From contig JBAYMR010000005.1 of assembly GCA_041663445.1 (NCBI GenBank), positions 996 to 64,995 on the forward strand: a stretch of 64,000 nucleotides of DNA, written 5' to 3'. Position numbers and translations under genes: made by a program. Of this stretch, positions 1-7,618 are shown in pieces. The notes under the pieces were generated by a model. The model saw nothing but the letters and a program-made list of their open reading frames with translations, searched no databases and was not told the DNA's origin. The stretch comes from Candidatus Micrarchaeia archaeon. Its GTDB lineage: Archaea; Micrarchaeota; Micrarchaeia; Anstonellales; Anstonellaceae. Position 1 is the stretch's first letter, and each line of letters opens with the position of its first letter.

Positions 1-1
1 C

Positions 2-1570
2 GCGGGCGCGACAACGCAATCCACTGTAACAGTAAAAGTGGGCACTGGAAACACCAACACCTCAAGCAACCTCCCGATAATTTCCAAGACGAGCGGCCCG
101 ACCTCGCTCTCCACGAGCCAGAGCGGCACATGGAGCATAAGCGCGTATGACCCCAACAGCAGGGCACTCACATACAGCGTAACCTGGGGCGATGGCAACA
201 ATGCGGTGCCGTCGGCATCGGATTCGGCAGCCTTGGCCCCAACGTTCCAGCACTCGTATTCGAGCGCAGGAATATACCCGATAACCTTTAGCGTGAAAAA
301 CAGCGAAGGCGTAACGGTATACAAGAGCACCGCGGTGACAGTCGGCAACCCAGGCAAGGCCATTCTCGGCAGGGTGTCCTACTGGTATGGCAAGGTGAAC
401 AGGCACAGCAACCTGAACGGCGAATGGTCTACGGACCCGGACGGGGTTTCTGGGGCAAACCTGGACATACTGACGTACTGCAAGAAATGGTTCTCCGGCA
501 CGACTGAAATCGTAGACGGCGGCACTGAAACCTCGTATGGATGGAAAGACAGGGGCAATGTCAACGACTACGTATCGTCCAAGCCGACTTACCTGTGCAT
601 TGCAGGCAAGGAAACGCAAAGCGACGGCAAGGTGAGCGTAACAGCGGACGTCACCCCGGCGGAAGTTGCCCAGTACAGCCAGGTGTACGTTACAGGCAAG
701 ATAACGTATGCGAACGCCGCGCAGGATGCCGACCAGAAGTTCAAGGTGGTCACGTCCCTCAGCAGCGCAAACGACGTGGCGTCTGACAGCAGCACAACGA
801 AAAAGACGTCCCAGGCGCAGGAGCGCGTTGATTACATAACGCTCAGCCCAGGAACGTCGAAGGAAGTGTCGGCGTACTTCACCGCGTACACGCTTGGCGC
901 AAACTACGCCGAGATAGACGTGTACCAGTACACATCGGACTGCATAACTGCAGTGGCATCGGCAAATCCGCAGTGCATAGATGGCTACAAGCTTGTGGCG
1001 TCTGCGGCGGACAAGGTGGTCGTGAAGGCGGCCGGAACCCCGCCCCAGAATGACACGGTGAAAATCGTGCTTGCGAAGGGATGGAACATGATATCCTCGC
1101 CCTCGACATCTGCAGTGAGCATCAAGGACATTGCAAGCAAATGCGACATATCCGCGAACGCATGGAGCTACGACACGTCAAAGAACCAGTATGTGGCGGC
1201 AAGCTACATCGGCGGAACCGCAGGCTTCTGGCTGCGCGCGAACGAGAAGTGCGAGTATGAGGTCGCTTCACCGTACGCAGACAGCTTCAGCGCAAACCTC
1301 AGGGCGGGCTGGAACATGATTGGAGGGATAGGCACCTCGGTGCTGCTCTCCGATTACATTGGCGACTGCAAGGTAACCTCGGGCCCGTGGAACTACTCGC
1401 CCTCGGCAAGCCAGTATGTCTACAGCTCGAAGCTCGAGCCAGGCAAGGGCTACTGGGTGAAGGTGAACGCGGACTGCACGCTTGGAGGGGACAGCATGCC
1501 TCCAAGCCCGCCGTCCAGCCAGCCATCTGCAACGAGCGCGGCGAAGGTTGCAACAACACAGGCAAATTAA
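2..1570 (+). CDS. secreted cell-surface protein with PKD-like repeat; 5' end runs off the window
   Basis: Frame is open from nt 2; the track start at 38 is an internal GTG. PKD-type motif YSVTWGDGN. Two GWNMI-containing repeats near the C-terminus. Ser/Pro-rich tail. Confidence 0.7.
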   Translation, partial: AGATTQSTVTVKVGTGNTNTSSNLPIISKTSGPTSLSTSQSGTWSISAYDPNSRALTYSVTWGDGNNAVPSASDSAALAPTFQHSYSSAGIYPITFSVKNSEGVTVYKSTAVTVGNPGKAILGRVSYWYGKVNRHSNLNGEWSTDPDGVSGANLDILTYCKKWFSGTTEIVDGGTETSYGWKDRGNVNDYVSSKPTYLCIAGKETQSDGKVSVTADVTPAEVAQYSQVYVTGKITYANAAQDADQKFKVVTSLSSANDVASDSSTTKKTSQAQERVDYITLSPGTSKEVSAYFTAYTLGANYAEIDVYQYTSDCITAVASANPQCIDGYKLVASAADKVVVKAAGTPPQNDTVKIVLAKGWNMISSPSTSAVSIKDIASKCDISANAWSYDTSKNQYVAASYIGGTAGFWLRANEKCEYEVASPYADSFSANLRAGWNMIGGIGTSVLLSDYIGDCKVTSGPWNYSPSASQYVYSSKLEPGKGYWVKVNADCTLGGDSMPPSPPSSQPSATSAAKVATTQAN

Positions 1571-1579
1571 GGTTGATGA

Positions 1580-1867
1580 TTGATGAAAACAACTTTGCTG
1601 ATGGTTGCGATTGCCGTTTCCCTTTTGTTTTTTTTCGGCTGCACGGGAAGCGGCAAGCCGTCGATAATGCCGGATAACGGCACGGTTGGCGCTGCAGGGC
1701 AGCAGGCATTGGCGCCGTCTGACATCCCGCCGCCGCCCTCTGACTCGGGCATGCCGCCAGCAGCCCCGTCCCAGCCAGCTGTAGCGGATAACGCCTCTTC
1801 GGCGCCGCTCGAAGGTGATGCCCCGCCGCCTGCGCCAGGCGGCGAGCTTCCAAGCCTTCCCGGCTAG
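1580..1867 (+). CDS. small Pro-rich putative lipoprotein
   Basis: N-terminal hydrophobic signal ending in lipobox-like FFGC, followed by a Pro/Ala/Ser-rich sequence. Lies 10 nt after the preceding surface-protein gene. Confidence 0.5.
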   Translation: MMKTTLLMVAIAVSLLFFFGCTGSGKPSIMPDNGTVGAAGQQALAPSDIPPPPSDSGMPPAAPSQPAVADNASSAPLEGDAPPPAPGGELPSLPG

Positions 1868-2008
1868 AAATAAGTGATTACATGGAAGATGATGAAGAAA
1901 ATAGCGTGAGCGCTGCCGTAGCCAAGGAGCGCCCAAAGGCGACATTGGCAGAGCTTCTGCTGGCCTCGCTTTTGTGATGCGCGCTTGAAGGGAGAGAGCT
2001 AGAGATGC

Positions 2009-2016
2009 TTTTTTAA
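2009..2016 (+). promoter_or_regulatory. TATA-like box (TTTTTTAA) upstream of the tRNA-Glu locus
   Basis: A/T box about 26-33 nt upstream of nt 2042. That is the 5' end of the upstream acceptor-mimic minihelix, not the tRNA 5' end at 2084. Confidence 0.35.
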
Positions 2017-2041
2017 CCCCTTCGCGGGCAAATGAAACCAG

Positions 2042-2078
2042 GCTCCCATCCGCTTGCCTGCTGGCAAGTCTGGGGGCA
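2042..2078 (+). repeat. tRNA-Glu acceptor-stem mimic minihelix (5' leader copy)
   Basis: GCTCCCA (2042-2048, identical to the tRNA 5' acceptor strand) pairs with TGGGGGC (2071-2077, one U.G pair). It encloses hairpin CTTGCC-TGCT-GGCAAG. Confidence 0.6.
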
Positions 2079-2083
2079 CAAGC

Positions 2084-2288
2084 GCTCCCATAGTCTAGCC
2101 CGGTAAGGACGCGGGCCTTTCATTGAACTCTTTTCGGCGTATCGAAAAGCTTTCACGGAAAGAAGAAAGCCTGTAACACGGGTTCAAAAGCGAATCTGGC
2201 AATGCCGCCAACCCCTCGCAGGGTTGACGAACCTGTCGTGCTGATGCACGGCAATTTGCCCGCTTCGCGGGCAATCCCGTTGGGAGCG
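2084..2288 (+). tRNA. tRNA-Glu(UUC) with two introns (37/38 and T-loop 59/60)
   Basis: Manual cloverleaf from three exons. Exon 1 is 2084-2122: GCTCCCA TA GTCT AGCCCGGTAA GGAC G CGGGC CTTTCA. Exon 2 is 2168-2188: A GCCTG TAAC ACGGG TTCAAA. Exon 3 is 2275-2288: T CCCGT TGGGAGC G. The mature RNA is 74 nt. Confidence 0.75.
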
Positions 2289-2298
2289 TTTTTTTTTT
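2289..2298 (+). terminator. oligo-T tract immediately after tRNA-Glu
   Basis: T10 run directly after the discriminator base. Archaeal termination typically occurs at oligo-T. Confidence 0.5.
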
Positions 2299-2312
2299 CT
2301 TTTGCCAATGGA

Positions 2313-2354
2313 GCTCACAGCAAGTTGTGCAGGAGCACAACTGCGTTGGGAGCA
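2313..2354 (+). repeat. tRNA-Glu acceptor-stem mimic minihelix (downstream copy)
   Basis: GCTCACA (2313-2319) pairs with TGGGAGC (2347-2353) with one mismatch. It encloses the 7-bp hairpin GTTGTGC-AGGA-GCACAAC and is followed by a T-rich tract. It aligns with the last ~45 nt of intron 2 plus exon 3, with compensatory stem changes. Confidence 0.6.
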
Positions 2355-2550
2355 TTTTTCTTTTTGCTTTTAACTTACTTTCATATGAAACACACCATTA
2401 ATCGCAACAAAATGACGTTTTGCGCAGCTTTTTGGGAGCCTTTGCGCAGATTAAAAAGCCTATGGGTCATATGGTGGTTGCGGCCTTGAATCGTATGAAG
2501 CTTAATCAGAATGAGATGAATTCGACCGAAGGCGCCCCGCTGCAAGCAGC

Positions 2551-2606
2551 CCACTTTTTCGCAGCAGCGAAAAAGGGGTCCCTTTTTGCCACGGGCAAAA
2601 AGTGGA
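2551..2606. repeat. two abutting related hairpins
   Basis: Hairpin 1 (2551-2578): CCACTTTTTCGC-AGCA-GCGAAAAAGGGG. Hairpin 2 (2579-2606): TCCCTTTTTGCC-ACG-GGCAAAAAGTGGA. Arm 1 also complements arm 4, and arm 2 complements arm 3. Confidence 0.55.
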
Positions 2607-2641
2607 CGGGGTATCATCACCATTCGGTCGAAATGTTGCCG

Positions 2642-2678
2642 GTTGGGCCCCGCCGCAAGCGGCGGGGTATCGCCCAAC
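2642..2678. repeat. nested double hairpin
   Basis: Outer stem is GTTGGGC/GCCCAAC (7 bp). Inner stem is CCCGCCG-CAAG-CGGCGGG (7 bp). A 5-nt 3' spacer GTATC separates them. Confidence 0.5.
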
Positions 2679-2718
2679 TGGCAATGAAGCTCAAGCATGA
2701 CGAGGCGCAGGTGGAAAA

Positions 2719-3300
2719 ATGTTCAACACGGCTTTCATAATGCAGATGTTCGCGCTGCTAAATCCGCTATCGTCGTTCCCGGTGCTTATGGCGGCATACA
2801 AGAAGAAGCTGGACGTGCGCGGGATTGCGGTGAAGGCGTCGGTCGTCGCCTACCTTGTCGCCATGTTCTGCCTGTTTTTCGGCCCGCAGTTCTTCAACCT
2901 TTACGGCGTGAGCGTGGACGCGTTCAGGCTGGCCGGAGGCGTGGTGCTGTTCCTGCTGGGGCTTGACACCGTGCGCCCCAAGCCGGTGCGCGAGGACGTG
3001 GGGGAGATGGACTCCCTCATCGCCATCATAGCCACCCCCCTCCTGACCGGCCCGGCGGTGATTTCATACCTCACCATAAAGGCTATGGAGGACGGTGCGG
3101 CGTCGCTCGTGCCGGACGTCACGGCGGCGTTTTTGGTGGTGGGCGTGATTTTCTTCGTGTTCTCGGTGCTGCTTCCGCGCATCAATGAGAAAGCGGTGGA
3201 AATCCTGTCGAAGATAATGGGGCTGTTCCTCATGGCGATTGCTGTCGAGATGATAGCGAATGGCATGAGCGTGCTGCTGTTTGCAAAGGCAGTGGCTTGA
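2719..3300 (+). CDS. MarC family (UPF0056) integral membrane protein
   Basis: N-terminal motif FALLNPLSSFPVLM plus a multi-pass hydrophobic profile typical of MarC/NAAT proteins. A paralog lies at 19961-20536. Confidence 0.8.
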   Translation: MFNTAFIMQMFALLNPLSSFPVLMAAYKKKLDVRGIAVKASVVAYLVAMFCLFFGPQFFNLYGVSVDAFRLAGGVVLFLLGLDTVRPKPVREDVGEMDSLIAIIATPLLTGPAVISYLTIKAMEDGAASLVPDVTAAFLVVGVIFFVFSVLLPRINEKAVEILSKIMGLFLMAIAVEMIANGMSVLLFAKAVA

Positions 3301-3567
3301 AAGCCGTTTCCGAGCGCAAGCCAATAACCGCCGGCATGCGGCAAGTTCAGGATGGGCTTGCCCGTAAATGGAGCCACAGCCCCCGGCGGGGCAAATTCCG
3401 CCCGCTTTTTGCGCAGCAGAACTTTGGCAGGCGTGGGGCGGCGCGCCGCCCCACCGGAACCCCACCCTGCGAATGTTTTTATATCGGCAAAAAGCCAAAC
3501 TCCAACCATGGACACGCGCGGGCAAAAGCAGTTTAAACCCATTGGTACACCAAGTGTAATAGGTGTA

Positions 3568-3816
3568 ATGATGGAATATGCCACAAAGAAAATACCCAAG
3601 GGGCTGGTGAATAGGATTGCGCGCCTCAAGGCGCGCTTGACCCTGAGCAATGACTGCAAGGTCACCGAAGGAGAAGTGATAGCACTGGCCATCTGCAGGC
3701 TCGAGGAAGACCTCAGCAGGCAATCCCGAACCCCATTCAGGGAGCTTGTCGGGATGGTTAAGGGAAAAGCGAAAAGCAACGCAGAAGAAATAGACCGCGT
3801 GGTATACGGAATATGA
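3568..3816 (+). CDS. vapB: VapB-like antitoxin
   Basis: Small ORF in frame with track ORF 3352-3816. The start is taken at MMEYATKK. Its stop overlaps the downstream PIN-domain gene start by 4 nt. Confidence 0.6.
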   Translation: MMEYATKKIPKGLVNRIARLKARLTLSNDCKVTEGEVIALAICRLEEDLSRQSRTPFRELVGMVKGKAKSNAEEIDRVVYGI

Positions 3817-4208
3817 GGCGGATTATGCTTTTTGCCGATACTTCATTCTTGGTCGCTTCCCTGCGCGTGAATGATGAAAACCATTTGAGAGCAAAAGCAA
3901 TCGCAGAGGGCATGAATGAGAAAATGATGATAAGCGACCATGTCCTCTCAGAGCTTCTGACTTTATTGGCATACAAGGAAGGGAATAAGACGGCGTACCA
4001 GGCTGGAAAGCGCCTGATTGGCAGCGATGTGCTGATTGTGTATGCCATCTCGGAAGACATCCCCCTGGCACTTGAACTGATGAAAACAACCCCAAAATTG
4101 AGCATGTGCGATGCCCTGTCTGCGACCATAATGAAAAAACTCAGGATTAAGAAAATTCTCTCGTTCGACTCTGATTTTGACGCGCTGGGCTTTGAGAGGA
4201 TTTGCTAA
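3813..4208 (+). CDS. vapC: PIN-domain ribonuclease toxin VapC
   Basis: Conserved acidic positions in FADTSFL, SELLTLL, CDALSA and SFDSDF. Size is 131 aa. Confidence 0.8.
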   Translation: MRRIMLFADTSFLVASLRVNDENHLRAKAIAEGMNEKMMISDHVLSELLTLLAYKEGNKTAYQAGKRLIGSDVLIVYAISEDIPLALELMKTTPKLSMCDALSATIMKKLRIKKILSFDSDFDALGFERIC

Positions 4209-4212
4209 TTGC

Positions 4213-5202
4213 CTAAAGGAGCGAGATGGAGTTGCCGCCTTTCTTCAGCACGACGTCCGAGCCGGGCGTGACAACGCCTATCCTTTGCGCGGCGATTCCG
4301 TGCTTTTTCGCAATGCCGATGACGGCGCTTTCCTGCGAGGCAGGGCAGGCGACCACCATGCCCACGCCGCAGTTGAACGTCCTGTACATCTCGTAGTCCG
4401 AGCCGAGCTTCTTCGAAAGTTCCGCCATCACGCCGCCCATTTCCGGCATGTTGTCAAGCAGGAAGCCCACATGCCCGTAAGAGCCTATCCTCGAGAGCTT
4501 GGAGTATGCGCCGCCCGTGATGTGCGCAAGCCCGTGGATGTCGCATCCGGCGAGCATTTCCATTATGGGCTTGACGTATATTTTCGTGGGCGCGAGCATC
4601 TGCTTGCCCCACTTTTTCGCGTCAAGCACTTTTCTCGCAAGCGTGTAGCCGTTAGAGTGTATCCCGCTGCTTTCCAGCCCTATTAATATGTCGCCCGGCT
4701 TCATTTTCGCGCCGGTGAGCGGCTCGCCTTCCACCACGCCCACGCAGGTGGCGGCAAGGTCAAAGGGCCTCTTGCCCCCTTTTATCATGTCGGGGAGGAT
4801 GGCGGTCTCGCCGCCGATGATGGCGCAGCCTGCCTGCTTTGCGCCCTCCTGGAGGCCCTTGAGCACCTGGGAAACAAGCTCGGCGTCCTCTTCGGCAAGC
4901 GCAAGGTAGTCCACCAAAACAAGCGGGCGCGCGCCCAGGCAGATGATGTCGTTCACGTTCATGGCAACCGCGTCAATGCCCACCGTGTCGAACCTGCCCA
5001 TCTCGTCTGCGACCAGCACCTTGCTTCCCACGCCGTCGCAGTGTATGGCAAGCACCTGGTTGCCTGACTTGAAAAGCCCGGCATAATGCCCCTTTATGGG
5101 AAGCACATAGTCGGGAAGCGAGGAAAATATGGCATCGTTTATCGCGCCATGTATGCCCTTCACTTTCCTGATGTCAACGCCGGATGAGGAGTAAGTTGCC
5201 AT
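4213..5202 (-). CDS. purM: phosphoribosylformylglycinamidine cyclo-ligase (AIR synthetase)
   Basis: Full-length similarity to PurM, for example DGVGSKV and GGETA motifs. 329 aa. Confidence 0.9.
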   Translation of the reverse strand: MATYSSSGVDIRKVKGIHGAINDAIFSSLPDYVLPIKGHYAGLFKSGNQVLAIHCDGVGSKVLVADEMGRFDTVGIDAVAMNVNDIICLGARPLVLVDYLALAEEDAELVSQVLKGLQEGAKQAGCAIIGGETAILPDMIKGGKRPFDLAATCVGVVEGEPLTGAKMKPGDILIGLESSGIHSNGYTLARKVLDAKKWGKQMLAPTKIYVKPIMEMLAGCDIHGLAHITGGAYSKLSRIGSYGHVGFLLDNMPEMGGVMAELSKKLGSDYEMYRTFNCGVGMVVACPASQESAVIGIAKKHGIAAQRIGVVTPGSDVVLKKGGNSISLL

Positions 5203-5402
5203 GGTGGGATTTGAAAGGGCAATTATTTAAAGCGCGCGCCGGTTGCCAATGGTGGGCGCCGGCGCATCGTTTATAAACTAGTCGGATATAACCATCCTCA
5301 GAGGGAGGCATGCTCTACTTGGAGTTTCCGGCTGCACAAGTCTGAAAATCTTTTGACAGGCATGCATACGCCCTATTTAAGCAAAGAAAGGAGTTGAGAT
5401 GA

Positions 5403-5624
5403 ATGGGATTTGGAAGAGGAGGATTCGGGAATGACATGCCAAAGCCGGTCAAGGTCGGCGACGAGCTAGACGTGACAATCGAGGCAGTGGCTGCCAAGGG
5501 CGACGGAATCGCCAAGAAGGAAGGATTCGTCATATTCGTCCCTGGGACAGCGGTCGGCGAGACGTGCAAGATCCGCATAACAGCGGTGAAGGCATCAAGC
5601 GCCGTCGCAGAGAAGGTTGTCTAA
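5403..5624 (+). CDS. TRAM-domain RNA-binding protein
   Basis: 73 aa. Contains PVKVGDELDVTIEAVAAKGDGIAKKEGFVIFVPG, typical of stand-alone archaeal TRAM proteins. Confidence 0.8.
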   Translation: MGFGRGGFGNDMPKPVKVGDELDVTIEAVAAKGDGIAKKEGFVIFVPGTAVGETCKIRITAVKASSAVAEKVV

Positions 5625-5751
5625 ACCTTCTTTTTTTCTTTTATTTTTTATTTCTTTTTAGCTGGTTTTTCTGCCTTTTAGCGCGCGCCGTGCGCATTGT
5701 TTCTCATTTTCCCGCTTTTAACCACCATCTTTATATACCCTTTGGCATATA

Positions 5752-5955
5752 ATGGCAAATAGTGGAAATATGGAAAGCAACAACGGGCCTTGGATGGAGA
5801 GGAGCATTGCGCTTGCCATGCGCGCGGGCAGGCTGCACGCCGCCAGCGAAGCCTTCATCCCGTTCGTGAGAGTGTCCGGGCAGACCTTTTACGCGAACGA
5901 GAAGCCGTGCATTGTGGTGGCTGGCAGGAAGCACATTGTGGAAGAAATCGTATAG
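5752..5955 (+). CDS. hypothetical small protein
   Basis: 67-aa ORF about 20 nt downstream of the TATA-like sequence TTTATATA (5729-5736). No recognisable family. Confidence 0.3.
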   Translation: MANSGNMESNNGPWMERSIALAMRAGRLHAASEAFIPFVRVSGQTFYANEKPCIVVAGRKHIVEEIV

Positions 5956-6000
5956 CCAGCCCTAGCGCCGTTTTTTAATTTCTCCTTCTGAAATACACCC

Positions 6001-7593
6001 ATGGCACAGCTGCAAATCACTTTATCGGACCTCAACGAGCTTGTTTCAATCGGCGAGCAGGAGGCGATTGACACCCTTACCATGCTGGGCTTCCCCACTG
6101 AGAAGATGGAAAATGGGGAGCTGAATGTGGAAGTGACCCCGAACAGGCCGGACGCGCTCTCCGTCGAGGGGATTGCGCGTGCGCTCCGCATCTACTTGAA
6201 AGGCGGGCAGGCGGCATACCCCATTGGCGAGTCGGGGGTGGAATTGACAGTCGATGCGTCCGTCACCGCGGTGCGCCCCTACTTCGGCGGCGCGGTGGTG
6301 AAGGGGATAACATTCAACGACAGCACGGTGCGCTCCATCATGCAGCTGCAGGAAAAGCTGCACGAGACCCTGGGCAGGAAAAGGCGCAAGGTGGCGATTG
6401 GCATCCATGACATGGACAAGGTGCATGCGCCTTTCCGCTATTTTGCGTGCGGAAGGGAAGGCGTGCGGTTTGTGCCGCTTGAAAGCGCCGAGAGCATGAC
6501 GCCCCTGGAAATCCTGCGCAGGCACCAAAAAGGCATGGCTTTCGAGCACCTTGTTGGCGAGCTTTGCCCGATTATCGAGGACAGCCGCCACGAGGTGCTT
6601 TCCTTCCCGCCCATCATCAACGGCGAGCTCACCAAGCTCACATCCGGCACGAAAAACGTTTTCATAGACTGCACTGGCACGAGCGAGGAAGCGGTGCGCC
6701 AGGCGGTCAACATCGTCGCATCCGCGCTTGCGGAGCGGGGAGGCGCGATTGAGAGGATTACGCTCAATGGCGCGCCATACCAGATACTTGCGGAAAAGAA
6801 GTGGCCGCTTCCCGTGAAGGAAAGCGGGCGGCTGCTTGGCGTGGCTTTTGCCCCTGAACAGGTTGGCGCCCTGCTTTCCAGGATGGGCTACAGGGTGGAG
6901 AACGGGTTTGCCTATTCCGCAGGATACAGGGCGGACGTGATGAACGAGGTTGACCTGATTGAGGACGTGGCAATCGCCTACGGATTCAACAACTTCGAGC
7001 CGACCCTCCCGTCCGTGCAGACAGTGGGAGGGCAAAAGCCGCAGGCGCCCTGCCATGAGCTGCTCGTGGGGATGGGCTTTGACGAGGCAATCACCTGGAC
7101 TTTTTCAAATGCGGCGCTTGAGAAAAAGGCGCGCGTGCCGCCAGGGGAACGGGTGGAGGTGGAAAACCCGCTCACCGAGGACTTTACGCGCTTCCGGGCT
7201 GCGATACTGCCCAATCTCCTGTCCGCGCTGGCCGAGAGCAAGAACGAGAAGCTGCCCATAAAGCTGTATGAGGCAGGGCCTGTTGCAGCGCCCGCCATTT
7301 CAGGTGGCGAGGGGCAAACGGGCCTTGTGGGGCTTTCGCAGTCGCTTTCCTTTGCCTCCATGCACTCCAAGGCGAACTTTTCGGAGATTAAGGGAGTGGT
7401 GATGGCGCTTATGGAAAACATGGGCAAGAGCGCGGATGTGAAAGCCGAAGATTACGGCGCGTTCCTGCCAGGCAGGTGCGCGGCGCTTTATGTCGGCGGG
7501 GATAAAATCGGCTACTTCGGAGAAATTGCGCCGGAAGTGCTGACTGCTTTTGGCCTGGAGCAGCCAGTCTGCGCGTGCGAAATTGCGCTGTAA
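6001..7593 (+). CDS. pheT: phenylalanine--tRNA ligase beta subunit (archaeal type)
   Basis: 530 aa with B3/4 and B5 domain-like regions. Contains NRPDALS and typical archaeal PheT sequence. Confidence 0.9.
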   Translation: MAQLQITLSDLNELVSIGEQEAIDTLTMLGFPTEKMENGELNVEVTPNRPDALSVEGIARALRIYLKGGQAAYPIGESGVELTVDASVTAVRPYFGGAVVKGITFNDSTVRSIMQLQEKLHETLGRKRRKVAIGIHDMDKVHAPFRYFACGREGVRFVPLESAESMTPLEILRRHQKGMAFEHLVGELCPIIEDSRHEVLSFPPIINGELTKLTSGTKNVFIDCTGTSEEAVRQAVNIVASALAERGGAIERITLNGAPYQILAEKKWPLPVKESGRLLGVAFAPEQVGALLSRMGYRVENGFAYSAGYRADVMNEVDLIEDVAIAYGFNNFEPTLPSVQTVGGQKPQAPCHELLVGMGFDEAITWTFSNAALEKKARVPPGERVEVENPLTEDFTRFRAAILPNLLSALAESKNEKLPIKLYEAGPVAAPAISGGEGQTGLVGLSQSLSFASMHSKANFSEIKGVVMALMENMGKSADVKAEDYGAFLPGRCAALYVGGDKIGYFGEIAPEVLTAFGLEQPVCACEIAL

Positions 7594-7618
7594 ATGGAGG
7601 CGTTGGCAGGGTGCGCCA

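Noticed and set aside
1889-1990. ATGATGA (C-box-like) in the spacer upstream of tRNA-Glu, considered as a possible C/D box sRNA.
   Set aside because: No CTGA D or D' boxes lie at appropriate spacing, and there is no terminal stem.
5203-5225. TTCAAATCCCACC (minus strand), a T-loop-like sequence just upstream of the purM start.
   Set aside because: There is no complementary T-stem, acceptor or other tRNA arms nearby. This is probably chance or part of the ribosome-binding region.
6046-7056. 336-aa ORF antisense to pheT. Similar long antisense ORFs occur at 12301-13596, 18365-19453, 22793-23620, 41475-42206, 51648-52565, 57643-58437 and 61022-62017.
   Set aside because: Each overlaps a confidently assigned gene on the other strand. 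Their translations are Arg/Ala/Pro/Gly-rich, as expected for stop-poor alternative frames of GC-rich DNA.
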